This document shows, piece by piece, positions 9,838 through 19,935 of a DNA stretch of 64,000 bases. Position numbers and translations under genes: made by a program. Source of the stretch: Candidatus Bilamarchaeaceae archaeon (lineage in GTDB: Archaea; Micrarchaeota; Micrarchaeia; Anstonellales; Bilamarchaeaceae); assembly GCA_038851325.1 (NCBI GenBank), contig JAWCKZ010000004.1, forward strand, positions 5,160-69,159, written 5' to 3'. Position 1 is the first letter of the stretch, and each line of letters opens with the position of its first letter. The notes beneath the pieces were generated by a model. That model did not search any database and was not told where the DNA came from. It saw nothing but the letters and a program-made list of their open reading frames with translations.

Positions 9838-10677
9838 TTAATACAGTCCAAGGAGCATTCCTGCAAGAAATGCCATAAACATTCCAAAGACGAGCGGCGG
9901 AAGTGCAGGTAGCACCATTCTTTTTTCCCAAACGAGGAACAAAAAGAGGCACAGGGCAGTAAAGGCCCCAAGAAACACGAATGCAGTTGCATAAAAGCCA
10001 AGAGGAAGAACAGAAACCTCCAGTAATATGGGTGCTATCAGATCCCCGGTTCCAAGGTCTATCCTTCTCTCCTTTCCAGCCACAACCCCTTTCGCGGTAA
10101 CAGTAAATGCAAGGTCTTTTCGTATCACAAAATTCGCAAACTCGATCATGTGTTTTGTTATAAAAACAGACGCGTAGTCATATAGTGAAAGAAAAACTAG
10201 AAAGAGTATCGCTGGAATCGGTGCAAGCGATAGGCCGAAAATAACGCCAACCCCTGCTGTCGCAAGCACAGCCGCAGTATTCTTCAGTAAAGGGGTTAAT
10301 CTTTTCAGTATGGAGAGAATAAGCCCAAAAATGATGCCAGTTAGCATACTAATCTCATAACCGGAAACCACCCTCATAATCGAGTAGAAAACAATAGATG
10401 ACGCCATTGCCACTAGGAAAAACTCCATAATCTGAAACACGATATCATAAAGATGAAACATCTTTATCAAAAAGATCATCAAACCAGCGCCAATAAGGAT
10501 GAGCGCAGCAAACAAAACTGCATTGAACGGATCAGATGTATCTGTTGTGACCACCATTCCGCTTACGTATGGATTTCTTCCGTAATCATAGAGTACAACG
10601 ATACCGGAGTAAACACCTAAAAGCTGCGATACGAGAAAAAGTAAAAGGAGTTTTGTGACTATGTGCATATCTCTCAC
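9838..10677 (-). CDS. Presenilin/SPP-family intramembrane aspartyl protease (GxGD)
   Basis: Multi-TM protein with LYD, DLGTGD and PALP motifs. Confidence 0.88.
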   Translation of the reverse strand: MRDMHIVTKLLLLFLVSQLLGVYSGIVVLYDYGRNPYVSGMVVTTDTSDPFNAVLFAALILIGAGLMIFLIKMFHLYDIVFQIMEFFLVAMASSIVFYSIMRVVSGYEISMLTGIIFGLILSILKRLTPLLKNTAAVLATAGVGVIFGLSLAPIPAILFLVFLSLYDYASVFITKHMIEFANFVIRKDLAFTVTAKGVVAGKERRIDLGTGDLIAPILLEVSVLPLGFYATAFVFLGAFTALCLFLFLVWEKRMVLPALPPLVFGMFMAFLAGMLLGLY

Positions 10678-10712
10678 TTTATTTGGCGGCTTTTGTTTAC
10701 GCCTACACGACG

Positions 10713-12758
10713 TTACTCACCCACTATCCGTATATACCCATGCTCCTTCTCATATATATCTCCTTTTCTCAGAAGTTCACTGATTATTCGCTCTGCAGTT
10801 ACTCTGTCTATACCGTATTGCTCAGCATCAGCGATAATTTCTTCTATACTTACACTCTCTTCACGATGAAGATGTTCACGTATGATGTCCATTATGGTAT
10901 CGTACTTTTGCATCTTTTCTCTTATCGATTTTGGTTTTCCTGTTGTAACAACATCAACATCAAGCATACCAGTTTCTCTGTCTATCATTACCTGCTTCAT
11001 TACATAATTGAGCAAAGAGACAGCGACCTCTGCATCCTCGACCTCAACAGTATCGCTCATTCTCATCTTTGCATGCGCCTCTGCGAGCCTGACAAGACCT
11101 TCAAGGTATCTTGGTGTTATGGAAACGGCACCAGCATCTCGGCCCTTCCCCCTCAACGTTACATAAAATTCGCGAATCTTATCGGATGCTGCCTTTGTAA
11201 GTTTAGGCCTAAGATGTCTTCTAGCGTATGCAATGTATTTTCTGAGAAGAGCTCGGTCTATCAATGCGGTCTCGGTTTCTTTCTCATATTCTCCTCTGTG
11301 GCTCGATAGAATATACTCTGCCAACTTTGAGTCTTTCTCTTCATCAAGAACATCAACGATTGGAAAGATTAGATCAAATCTTGATAGAAGGGTTACTGGG
11401 ATGTCGAACTGCTCGGCAAGGTTTCTGCTCTGGTCAAATCTACCATACTTTGGATTTGCTGCAGCAAGGATGGCGGTTTTTGCCTTGAACTTTGCTATTA
11501 TTCCTGCCTTCGCAACTGAGATGCTCTGTGTCTCCATAGCTTCGTGGAGTGCTGCGCGATCTTCCTCGTTTATCTTATCAAACTCATCAACCTCAACAAT
11601 TCCGCCACTCGCAAGCACGACCGCACCAGCCTTGAGCGTCCATCCGCCCTCTCCGAGCTCATCCTTCTCTGCGGAAACAGTCATGCCCGCACCGCTAACA
11701 GTCTTTCCACTTACGTATATACTCTTCGGTGCAAGTTCATTAACACTAAGGAGAAATCTCGACTTTGCGATTCCTGGGTCGCCGATCAGCAAAATGTGAA
11801 TATCATCTCTTATCGGTGCACCGCCCTGCATCTGCTTTCCGCGCGTTCCACCGAAAAGCTGAAGCGCAAGTGCTTGTTTTACCTCTTCATGACCGTATAT
11901 GGAGGGGGCTATGGATTTCACGATATGTTCAACAATGTGTGGATCCTTAGCAAGCTCAAGTATCCTCTGTTCATCTTCCTTTGTTATCTCTATTTCCTCA
12001 AAATCTCTTTTCATACTAGTGACAGAGTTTACTTCGATATATCTTCCATACACCATCTCTTGTCTATGTCTAAATTTCTGTGGTTGTTTTAATCTCATGA
12101 TGCCGCATATCTCTACGTTATCTCCTGGCGCAAATGAGTTAACTAAGTCGTCTTCCAGGAGGAGTTCAACCTTAGCCGCAGGAGCGCCTCCTCGAACCTT
12201 CTCAAGTAACTCCTGTATCTCAGCTCGCTGCATGTCTATAAACTCGCTGAGTTCTTCCACATGAACAAGCGCAAGTTTTTTGCAATCAGGGCATCTTTTT
12301 GGTGGTTTAAAATCCCTTGTCACTAGATGACTTTCCTGATGATTACAGAGTTCGCAGCGGTATACTGCTTTTTTGATTTTATGCATAACCTCTGTTCGTT
12401 TTGTGACCACGCCTTTGAACGCTACAAATTCATTTATGTTTTCCGAACTCAGATGTTCTATTAACATGGTGTCAGATGGAAGGTTAAAAAAACGAACATG
12501 CGGCTTAAACTCAACCCCTCCAGGAAGGGCCGGCTTCTTTTCTATAAGCGCCTCCTCTGCCGCTTTTATGACAAGCTCTGGGATTTTTATAAGACGATCT
12601 GCCATTTCTGGATCGAATTTTTCAAGTTCCTTATAATCAACCAAAAGGCTTTTTTTCTCAGGATAGGAAAGAAGAAGATCGTTTATCTTTTCAGCATAAC
12701 TCAGTTTGAAGAAATCATGAAAAAAGGAACTCAGGGATGAGACATCCTCTTCTGGCAT
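10713..12758 (-). CDS. mcm: Replicative helicase MCM
   Basis: Zn finger CELC..CPDC, Walker A GDPGIAKS, VDEFDK, AAANP, LLSRFD, C-terminal wHTH. Confidence 0.97.
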   Translation of the reverse strand: MPEEDVSSLSSFFHDFFKLSYAEKINDLLLSYPEKKSLLVDYKELEKFDPEMADRLIKIPELVIKAAEEALIEKKPALPGGVEFKPHVRFFNLPSDTMLIEHLSSENINEFVAFKGVVTKRTEVMHKIKKAVYRCELCNHQESHLVTRDFKPPKRCPDCKKLALVHVEELSEFIDMQRAEIQELLEKVRGGAPAAKVELLLEDDLVNSFAPGDNVEICGIMRLKQPQKFRHRQEMVYGRYIEVNSVTSMKRDFEEIEITKEDEQRILELAKDPHIVEHIVKSIAPSIYGHEEVKQALALQLFGGTRGKQMQGGAPIRDDIHILLIGDPGIAKSRFLLSVNELAPKSIYVSGKTVSGAGMTVSAEKDELGEGGWTLKAGAVVLASGGIVEVDEFDKINEEDRAALHEAMETQSISVAKAGIIAKFKAKTAILAAANPKYGRFDQSRNLAEQFDIPVTLLSRFDLIFPIVDVLDEEKDSKLAEYILSSHRGEYEKETETALIDRALLRKYIAYARRHLRPKLTKAASDKIREFYVTLRGKGRDAGAVSITPRYLEGLVRLAEAHAKMRMSDTVEVEDAEVAVSLLNYVMKQVMIDRETGMLDVDVVTTGKPKSIREKMQKYDTIMDIIREHLHREESVSIEEIIADAEQYGIDRVTAERIISELLRKGDIYEKEHGYIRIVGE

Positions 12759-12926
12759 GCAATCAACCGCAAAACAACCTCAGGTTATAAGTAGATCTAT
12801 TTTTCTGCAAGCGGTATTAAATCTTTTCGGATGGGGAAAAGGTTCAGTCCAATCCCAGATTCTTCTTGTGTATCTCAAACTAATATCAGACCAATATCAG
12901 ATTAGCGTTAGGCCTTAATTCAGCAT

Positions 12927-13205
12927 TCAGACCCACACCACCGTCTTATGCTTTTCATTGTAGAACGCCATCTTTCCAGGTATATTTGTTTTATTTACTA
13001 TCATCTCTTTTCCAGCTCCGGTTTGGACTATCATCAGCCTCTCTTTCTGGCCTCCTTCAGGTATTATCAGAATACTATACTTTCCCTTAATCTCAGTTCC
13101 ATCAAGCTTTTTGTATTTGTATACAATAACCCTCCCCTGGTAGAGGAGTATTCTGGCCTCTTTCTCTCCTTTTGAGGTTGTCGTTATCGTTTCCTCAGGA
13201 TACAT
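12927..13205 (-). CDS. Small hypothetical protein
   Basis: 92-aa ORF with strong RBS AGGAGG. Confidence 0.65.
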   Translation of the reverse strand: MYPEETITTTSKGEKEARILLYQGRVIVYKYKKLDGTEIKGKYSILIIPEGGQKERLMIVQTGAGKEMIVNKTNIPGKMAFYNEKHKTVVWV

Positions 13206-13252
13206 ACCAAACCTCCTTTTTAGTCTTGCTTACCATGTAATTGTCACGTACT

Positions 13253-13286
13253 TTAACTTATATTTTAACTTAACTTATATTTTAAC
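13253..13286. repeat. 17-bp tandem duplication TTAACTTATATTTTAAC x2
   Basis: Abuts the stop codon at 13287. Confidence 0.8.
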
Positions 13287-14195
13287 TTATATTACTACTC
13301 TCATGTGATAAAAATCACCTTCTTCCCTGATTCTAGTTTTAACTTTACACTCTCGATATCGCATCGCGTCTATGTCTTCAATCAAATGCTTTCCCAATAT
13401 CCGTTCTACAAACTCTTTCTGCGGCTCGATTGTTGCATTCAAGCCCTGCGCTATGTAATGAAAATTTAGGTCTGTTGTTATCTGGCCTCCGAACTCCCGA
13501 TAAATAGAAGCATTCCACATCTTCTGCGGCAGCTCTGTTATGCTCGACGGAGAGGCAAAACCATAGTCAAAGATGTCAAGCCAACCTCCTGCTCTGAGGC
13601 CTTTTTTGCAAGTAAGAAGATGCTTCTTTGCATGTTCGTTCACAGGTATGATGTATCCATTTGGCATTCTTTTCATGTATGCTCGAATGTCCCCATCTGC
13701 AAATTTTTTGAAGAAGTGTTTGCGGTCATCGATATAGAGCTCCTTAATTTCGCCATCATCATTCATCAAAAGCTTTGCAGGTAAATCGCTGTACAACTCA
13801 TTCGAAAGTATGTAATCCGCATTCTTCACAAACGTTGGTAAGCCATCGTAGACGATTCCGTCTGTATTAAATCCAAATGCGTCCCCGCGTTTTACAGCAT
13901 TCCTAACTAGTTCTTCTGAGATATCGCAAAGATGGTAAACGATTCGCTCTGGAAAAGTTGCATCAAGCCGTCTCAATGATAACATAAACGATACAAAAAG
14001 CGTACCCGCGCCAATCCCCATCTCGTATATATTTATCGTTCCTTTTTTCTTGACTCTTGCATAAAAATCCTTTGCCAACGCGGATATAAAGTATTTATCA
14101 CCAGCGAATGTTTTAAAGTCCTTCAAAAAATCCAGCCCGCGTGTGATGTAATATTTCTTATTTCTTTGTCGTTGGAATTCTTCAAAAGAGATCAT
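13287..14195 (-). CDS. SAM-dependent methyltransferase, MidA/NDUFAF7-like
   Basis: YEMGIGAG, ILSNELYSDLP, FDYG, QITTDLNF motifs. Confidence 0.75.
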   Translation of the reverse strand: MISFEEFQRQRNKKYYITRGLDFLKDFKTFAGDKYFISALAKDFYARVKKKGTINIYEMGIGAGTLFVSFMLSLRRLDATFPERIVYHLCDISEELVRNAVKRGDAFGFNTDGIVYDGLPTFVKNADYILSNELYSDLPAKLLMNDDGEIKELYIDDRKHFFKKFADGDIRAYMKRMPNGYIIPVNEHAKKHLLTCKKGLRAGGWLDIFDYGFASPSSITELPQKMWNASIYREFGGQITTDLNFHYIAQGLNATIEPQKEFVERILGKHLIEDIDAMRYRECKVKTRIREEGDFYHMRVVI

Positions 14196-14245
14196 GAATA
14201 CTCTGAATTGGTAAGAAATTTAAATACTACCAGTGAATCTTACTT

Positions 14246-14806
14246 ATGCCAATTAAAAAATATGTGCTGGACACTTCTTTGTTTGTCAATCCGAATGCGA
14301 GAAAGCAGTTCGGAAAGAGTCCCGACGAAGCTGTCCTACGCTTTGTAAAACTTGTAGGGAAAAAAGCGGATACGGAATTCTATATGACCCCACTTACCTT
14401 CAAAGAACTTCAAAATTTTATAAGAAGAAATACAGCAGAAGAACTTGAAACCGTGATAAAGAAACGTTCATCTAATCTCTACGCAATTTATCTCCCTGCC
14501 GCGGTGTTGTATAAATTCGTTGATAACATCCGCAATAGAATAGACAAAGGATTAAGACTCGCAGAGCAGTTTGCGATAGACAACAGACCTGACAATGAAC
14601 CAAAACTTCGGCAATTGAGGGACAAATATCGTGAGGCACTCCGCTCTGGAATTATTGATAGCAAAGAAGACTTTGAAGCACTGATGCTCGCGAAAGAACT
14701 GGAAGCTACTATCGTAACTGCTGATGAAGGCGCGATAAATTTTGCGAATGAAGTTGGCATCGAGTGGCTCAATGCAGCAAGGTTTTACAAAATTGTGAAA
14801 AAATAA
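14246..14806 (+). CDS. HARP, protein-only RNase P (PIN-like, RNA ligase partner family)
   Basis: VLDTSLFVNP, RIDKGLRLAE, LRDKYREALRSGIIDSKED, IVTADEG. Confidence 0.9.
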   Translation: MPIKKYVLDTSLFVNPNARKQFGKSPDEAVLRFVKLVGKKADTEFYMTPLTFKELQNFIRRNTAEELETVIKKRSSNLYAIYLPAAVLYKFVDNIRNRIDKGLRLAEQFAIDNRPDNEPKLRQLRDKYREALRSGIIDSKEDFEALMLAKELEATIVTADEGAINFANEVGIEWLNAARFYKIVKK

Positions 14807-14960
14807 CTTTTATTGCTCGTAAATTGAGGGTTAGCGCCCTATTAAACACCCCGCACAGTTAACGATATACGTATAAATATTTTCAAACTTACATCATAAC
14901 CATGTAATATTGTATCAGTAATCGTATTCAGGAGATGCACGTAATTAAGTGGTGTGAGTC

Positions 14961-15467
14961 ATGAGAAGAAGACAGTTTATTTCCGATAATGTCACAGAAA
15001 AGCAAAGAAAGATGAATGACAACTCCAAAAGGCAACCGTTGCTCGAGACAATTATAATTATCCGCCATGGTAGTTATTCTGAAGATGGAGGCTTGGATAA
15101 GAACGGAAGAATTCAAATTACTAAGTCTGCAGAGCAGCTTAAAGAAGTGATCAAAGGAAAGGGCGCAACGATAGTAACGTCTCCTCTAAAGAGGGCTGTT
15201 GAAAGCAGCCAGATTATTGCAGATATGCTTAAATTATCTTTAGAAAAAGATGACGCACTTTCGTGCGAATCAGTAGAAAAAAATAAATTAAAAGAATTTA
15301 TTGAAAAGTTAAAACAAAAGAAAAAGGAGGTAATAATTCTAGTAACCCATCAACCGAACATTATAGATATATGTGAAATATTGCTGGACTCGGATTACGT
15401 TGTTCCAACACGCGAGATGGTTTATCTTCCATCAGGCGGATATCACATTGCAAAAAAACAAAAGTAA
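14961..15467 (+). CDS. Histidine phosphatase family (SixA-like)
   Basis: IIRHG, TSPLKRAVES, LVTHQP. Confidence 0.8.
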   Translation: MRRRQFISDNVTEKQRKMNDNSKRQPLLETIIIIRHGSYSEDGGLDKNGRIQITKSAEQLKEVIKGKGATIVTSPLKRAVESSQIIADMLKLSLEKDDALSCESVEKNKLKEFIEKLKQKKKEVIILVTHQPNIIDICEILLDSDYVVPTREMVYLPSGGYHIAKKQK

Positions 15468-15487
15468 AAGCAAAATTTTAGCAGTAA

Positions 15488-15580
15488 AGCCCCCGGCGAG
15501 AGTTGAACTCGCGACCTCCTGTTCGCCTGACCATTTCTTCGCTTACAAGACAGGCGCTCTAACCGCTGAGCTACGGAGGC
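15488..15580 (-). tRNA. tRNA-Thr(UGU) with 20-nt canonical 37/38 intron (15524-15543)
   Basis: Acceptor GCCTCCG/CGGGGGC, anticodon stem CCTGT/ACAGG, loop CT-TGT-A. Central splice helix CTTG/CAGG with 3-nt bulges TAA and CGA. Confidence 0.93.
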
Positions 15581-15658
15581 GACTATGCATAACTTTAAGT
15601 AAATTAAAAGTAATAAAAATCAATCGGTGAACTTCTTTTGCCGGCAAAACAAAGGCGA

Positions 15659-15898
15659 TCAGACCGTGATGCCCAATTTTTTCCCAAGATTTTTGATGTA
15701 CTCTCTATCAGCATCTACTTGTTTCCCAGCTTGTTTGCAATTGTTAATCCGCTCAGTCAAGGGGCCGTACACAATAAATATCTGCGGCCTTCTTATTTTT
15801 TCTGTTTTTTCTTCATGAATAAAACGCAAAGCATACTTAGACTGACGATTTGCACACACTACTTTCTGCGTGATCGTTTGTGAAGATACTGCTGTCAT
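15659..15898 (-). CDS. Small hypothetical protein
   Basis: ATG at 15898 preceded by GCGGTGA RBS and TTATATA box; 79 aa. Confidence 0.45.
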   Translation of the reverse strand: MTAVSSQTITQKVVCANRQSKYALRFIHEEKTEKIRRPQIFIVYGPLTERINNCKQAGKQVDADREYIKNLGKKLGITV

Positions 15899-16111
15899 AA
15901 TATTCACCGCATGGGATTCAATTTTGCAGGTATATATAACAATTATGTTTATAAAGTTAACTAACATCGTAAAAATTGAAATTAATTTTCTTTGTGGATT
16001 TGACTAACTCTGTTTTATGTCTTTCGATAAGCAAGAAATGAGTTAGGAAGATAAGCTTTAATTTATGAACTGTAATAGAAATAAAATTTCGATCTTAGAA
16101 GGGATACACTT

Positions 16112-16492
16112 ATGAGGAAGGCGTATAAAAAAGGTTCGCGTGCGGAGCGAGAACTTATAAATTATTTTTCAGCTAAAGGTTACTCTGTCATTCGTGCGGC
16201 AGGGAGTGGTGTTAACTCCCTAAGTCCTGACCTTCTTGCATTTAGAAAAGGAATGCATTTTGCATTCGAGTCAAAAGCGATCGAAAAGGAAAATCTCAAC
16301 ATAGATAAAGAGCAATTTCTGAATCTGCTGCATTGGGAAAATAACACAGGAATAACGTGCTACATAGCATGGCGAAGAAATCGTCTCCCGTGGGTATTTA
16401 TTCCGCTCTCAGTTTTTTCTGAAAATGAAAAAAGCTTTGGCATAAGTTGGGGAAAGGCAAACGCTGTAGGAAAAAGAATAGAGGAATTCTAA
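16112..16492 (+). CDS. hjc: Archaeal Holliday junction resolvase Hjc
   Basis: KGSRAERELI...VIRAAGSG...PDLLA...FESK. Confidence 0.92.
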   Translation: MRKAYKKGSRAERELINYFSAKGYSVIRAAGSGVNSLSPDLLAFRKGMHFAFESKAIEKENLNIDKEQFLNLLHWENNTGITCYIAWRRNRLPWVFIPLSVFSENEKSFGISWGKANAVGKRIEEF

Positions 16493-17205
16493 TGGAAAAA
16501 TACAGAATAATGGATATTAGAACGCACGAGGATGGAATTAGGGTAATACAACTCGTTCCTCTTGCGGGGCGGTTATTTACATACAAGCCTGGAAATTTCC
16601 TCATCCTACACCTTCTGGATGAAAAAGGGGAAAGTATAGATAAAAGGCCGTATTCCATCGCGTCCTCTCCTACACAAGGATATATAGAATTGGCAATAAA
16701 AATGATCGGTGGTAGGTTTACATCAAAACTTGAGAAACTAAAGGAAGGCGATATTGTAGGTGTGGAAGGACCGCTTGGTCATTTCACGTACGATGGACAG
16801 AATAAGTGTGTCTTTATCGCTGGCGGGGTTGGTGTAGCACCGTTTATGTCAATGCTTAGGTATATAGATGCCACAAAAAAGGAAGGCACTTTTATCTTAT
16901 TTTACAGCTACGGAAAACGAACCGATAATCCATATCGCGAAGAACTGAACGAACTTTCAAAAAATCCAAACATAACAATCGTTCAATTTCTAACAAGAGA
17001 AATGCCCGCTGGTTGGAATGGCGAAATTGGACGAATAGACGAAGCACGGATAGGAAAATACGTTAAAAGCCCTAAAGAATTTCGCTGGTATATATGCGGG
17101 CCGCCGCAGATGTGTCTAACACTCCGCGATGTTCTAACAGGGATGGGTGTACCGAGTAGAAAGATAAAACTAGAAAGCTGGGGGACGCCCTCACCTAAAT
17201 CGTAG
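16492..17205 (+). CDS. FNR-family FAD/NAD(P)-binding oxidoreductase
   Basis: RPYSIAS, GPLGHF, IAGGVGVAPF, YICGPP. The ATG at 16492 overlaps the hjc stop (TAATG). Confidence 0.88.
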   Translation: MEKYRIMDIRTHEDGIRVIQLVPLAGRLFTYKPGNFLILHLLDEKGESIDKRPYSIASSPTQGYIELAIKMIGGRFTSKLEKLKEGDIVGVEGPLGHFTYDGQNKCVFIAGGVGVAPFMSMLRYIDATKKEGTFILFYSYGKRTDNPYREELNELSKNPNITIVQFLTREMPAGWNGEIGRIDEARIGKYVKSPKEFRWYICGPPQMCLTLRDVLTGMGVPSRKIKLESWGTPSPKS

Positions 17206-17247
17206 ATTAAATCGTAGATTATTTCAAATGGCATCTGATTGCAAAAT

Positions 17248-17448
17248 TTATTCGACTACAAAAGCCACTTTCATGTGTGCTCTGTATTGGACAATCCTGT
17301 TGTTCGCAATCTTTGCTTTGAAACTGAGTACGTCTATACCGGTTATGTTCTTCACAGTTTTGCCAGCCCTCTTCAGCCCTTCGTGAACGGCGTCTTCCCA
17401 ACTCTTTTCAGACTCCCCAATTATCTCTATAATTTTTATTACTGCCAT
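17248..17448 (-). CDS. Dodecin family flavin-binding protein
   Basis: KIIEIIGESEKSWEDAV...KTVKNI...YRAHMKVAF. Confidence 0.9.
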   Translation of the reverse strand: MAVIKIIEIIGESEKSWEDAVHEGLKRAGKTVKNITGIDVLSFKAKIANNRIVQYRAHMKVAFVVE

Positions 17449-17581
17449 GTTTGAATCTCTCCATCGAATATTAAATTCTTACTCGAGTTGGGCATTATGG
17501 GGATCGCGATGCATCAGTTTTTATCAGCTAATTACTAATCAAGCCTTTTCTTGATATACTCCTCGTAAGGGGTCTATCTTA

Positions 17582-18067
17582 GGCTGTCTAATTCGTATGA
17601 ATAAATGAAAAAAAATGTAAACTAAAATGGAAACCGTTCTTGAGAGCGGTTAGCGCATTGTAAATTAGATTTTCAGAGTAAATATATCTAACTATTGGCA
17701 TTCTTATCGGGTTTTATTATTGGATTTATTTCTTCTTGAATGCATTTTCTATAAACTTCAAAGGCATCAAATGAACCAACCCCTAACAAGCTTTCTGCTT
17801 TGTCCTTGAGCTCTTCAAATGCAGGTCTAAATAAAGTAATATCAGAAGTTTGAGCATCTCAAATAAAAGCTGTGGGAATTGACAATGTTTCTAAATCAAT
17901 TCCGGCCATCAGCTTGATATATCCCTCTCTTTTGATTTCTCCATTTTCATGGTTTATTATTCTCCAATTCTCTAATCCATTATGGTCCGGGAGGCAGTAT
18001 CTTTGGTCGTCATAATTGATCTACCGCTTCTCGAACCTATATATTTTTAATTAATTACCGGACAGTC
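17582..18067 (-). mobile_element. Decayed, internally deleted IS5-like element
   Basis: Imperfect terminal inverted ends GGCTGTC (17582) and GACAGTC (18067), each flanked by TA, enclosing a transposase fragment. Confidence 0.5.
17688..17978 (-). pseudogene. IS5-family DDE transposase fragment
   Basis: Translation GYIKLMAGIDLETLSIPTAFI*DAQTSD...LLGVGSFDAFEVY...INPIIKPDKNA resembles the KLH..vD / DGAYD / IPPRKNA pattern. In-frame TGA at 17859-17861. Confidence 0.7.
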
Positions 18068-18216
18068 TATAAGATGGAGAGTAATCACTAGGAATAAAAT
18101 TAGCAACGACGATAACAGAGCACACAAAAATTAGTGAAATTAGCTATTTGCGAAAGTCAGGTTCTTAGACTGTTACTGTGTGTAGATACGCTTTTATAAA
18201 TAGCAGTACTGTGTGA

Positions 18217-19875
18217 TTATGACTCATCCTGAGAGGAAATATTTATTTCATATGTTATTTTTACTCTTTTAGAACCACTGGCAATGTAAAGAGGCACCCC
18301 AAACATGATTTCGTCACCAAGATCTTGGTAGAAGATATTGGCTGGATAATTATCATAATTTAAATACCTCCTATCTACCCCAGATATATTAGAGGCGGAG
18401 ATACTTTCCAACTTCCCTTGGTATGGAACTTTAATTATACAAGTGTCACCACCTTTCATACCAATCATACCATAATCCTCTTTATCTATGGAATCTATGT
18501 AAAATGAATTGCTACCCTTTGTGGTAAATGTCACAATCTTCCCATTTGGTTTTTGAGTTTCTTTATATGAAGAAACACAACTCGGTACGTAAGTTACGTT
18601 AGAGATGAGCCTAATTGAAGGATCACCAAAAAGTACCCAGTTTCTAAGATTGAAGAGAACAAAGTCTCTACTATATTCATTTGTGTTTACAGGAGATCCC
18701 TCCAGATTTACTTTATACTTCTCAGTTACCATAATGTATCTATTTTTAAGGTCTTTTAGTGCAACACCTATTGGAACGTCCGATCTGAATGATTCATCTC
18801 CTAGGGTTTCTAATGGGGTTATGCTTGTGGTAGCAACATGCGTCGCACCTATATAATTCAATGCCCCACTCTGGAGGAAGCTTAGAACGATTGAACTGCT
18901 AATGTTTCCTGTCTCATTATCATTCCCAAATCGTGTTTCATTTATGGGTGAACCGCCATTGATTCTAGCAGTCGTACAGGATATCGCAAGTACCAGAATA
19001 GCATTTGTTTTGAGTTCAGATTCAGTACCGTTGGCATATTTACCTGCTAAACCATGGGGTGTACCTATGATCATCTCATTGTTGTCGAGCAGTATGGTTG
19101 AAGGAGTACCATGTGCACCTATTTTGATGAGTTCTGCATTTGCAAAGTTTTCCTTTACTCTATCAAGGGTAGCCCTATTCGCATCGTCACACACGCATAT
19201 GGCTCCAGCACAGCTAGAAAGACAGTTTGTTATAACTTTCGATCCTATAGGAGAACCTGAATAATCACCAAGTCCATACACGGTCATATTTGGATGGGGG
19301 CTATAAGCAAGGAGTCTCTCAATATAATTTCTGAGGGTTTTTGCATTTCTCGAGGTAATAAAGCCATAGGCGGTATCTAAGTAAGGATCGTCATCAAACT
19401 CTCTAACTAGCAAATCAATACCATCAGTAAATCCAACAGTTAGTTCTTCCGGAGTTGCAAATATAACCGTATAATTTGGTTTTATAATTTTTAGAGCATT
19501 GAGCGTTTCATTTATATCTTTATGGTAAGTTATAAGTGTTGCATTCTTGTGTTGTGCAAAAAATCTTGCTTCTTCAATAAATGGAGAACTTTCATTAACA
19601 ATGACAACATAATCTGTCTTATGAAATTCCGTAACGTTTATCTCATTGGATGATAGTTCGTTATCGGCTATTGGAGATTGTTCTTCTATAACTGTGTTTT
19701 CAGTTTTATTGATTGCAAATTTATCTGGGTTATTAATGGATTCGGTTGACTCTATGAACTTATCATTGATGGATTCTACAGATGATTCTTCGATTGAATT
19801 TGATATACAACCATACAGAAAGAACATAAACATTAGCAGGATTACAACGCAAGTCATGCTATAACCTTTTGACAA
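18217..19875 (-). CDS. Secreted/lipoprotein C25 (gingipain-like, clan CD) cysteine peptidase
   Basis: Hydrophobic leader ending LYGC. GAHG (His), ISC (Cys), FLQSGALNYIGAT, VLFGDPS. Confidence 0.7.
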   Translation of the reverse strand: MSKGYSMTCVVILLMFMFFLYGCISNSIEESSVESINDKFIESTESINNPDKFAINKTENTVIEEQSPIADNELSSNEINVTEFHKTDYVVIVNESSPFIEEARFFAQHKNATLITYHKDINETLNALKIIKPNYTVIFATPEELTVGFTDGIDLLVREFDDDPYLDTAYGFITSRNAKTLRNYIERLLAYSPHPNMTVYGLGDYSGSPIGSKVITNCLSSCAGAICVCDDANRATLDRVKENFANAELIKIGAHGTPSTILLDNNEMIIGTPHGLAGKYANGTESELKTNAILVLAISCTTARINGGSPINETRFGNDNETGNISSSIVLSFLQSGALNYIGATHVATTSITPLETLGDESFRSDVPIGVALKDLKNRYIMVTEKYKVNLEGSPVNTNEYSRDFVLFNLRNWVLFGDPSIRLISNVTYVPSCVSSYKETQKPNGKIVTFTTKGSNSFYIDSIDKEDYGMIGMKGGDTCIIKVPYQGKLESISASNISGVDRRYLNYDNYPANIFYQDLGDEIMFGVPLYIASGSKRVKITYEINISSQDES

Positions 19876-19935
19876 TCAATATATCTTTTTTGAAGGTTAA
19901 AAAGATTTTTAATCTGCAACGCTCTGAAAAAAATC

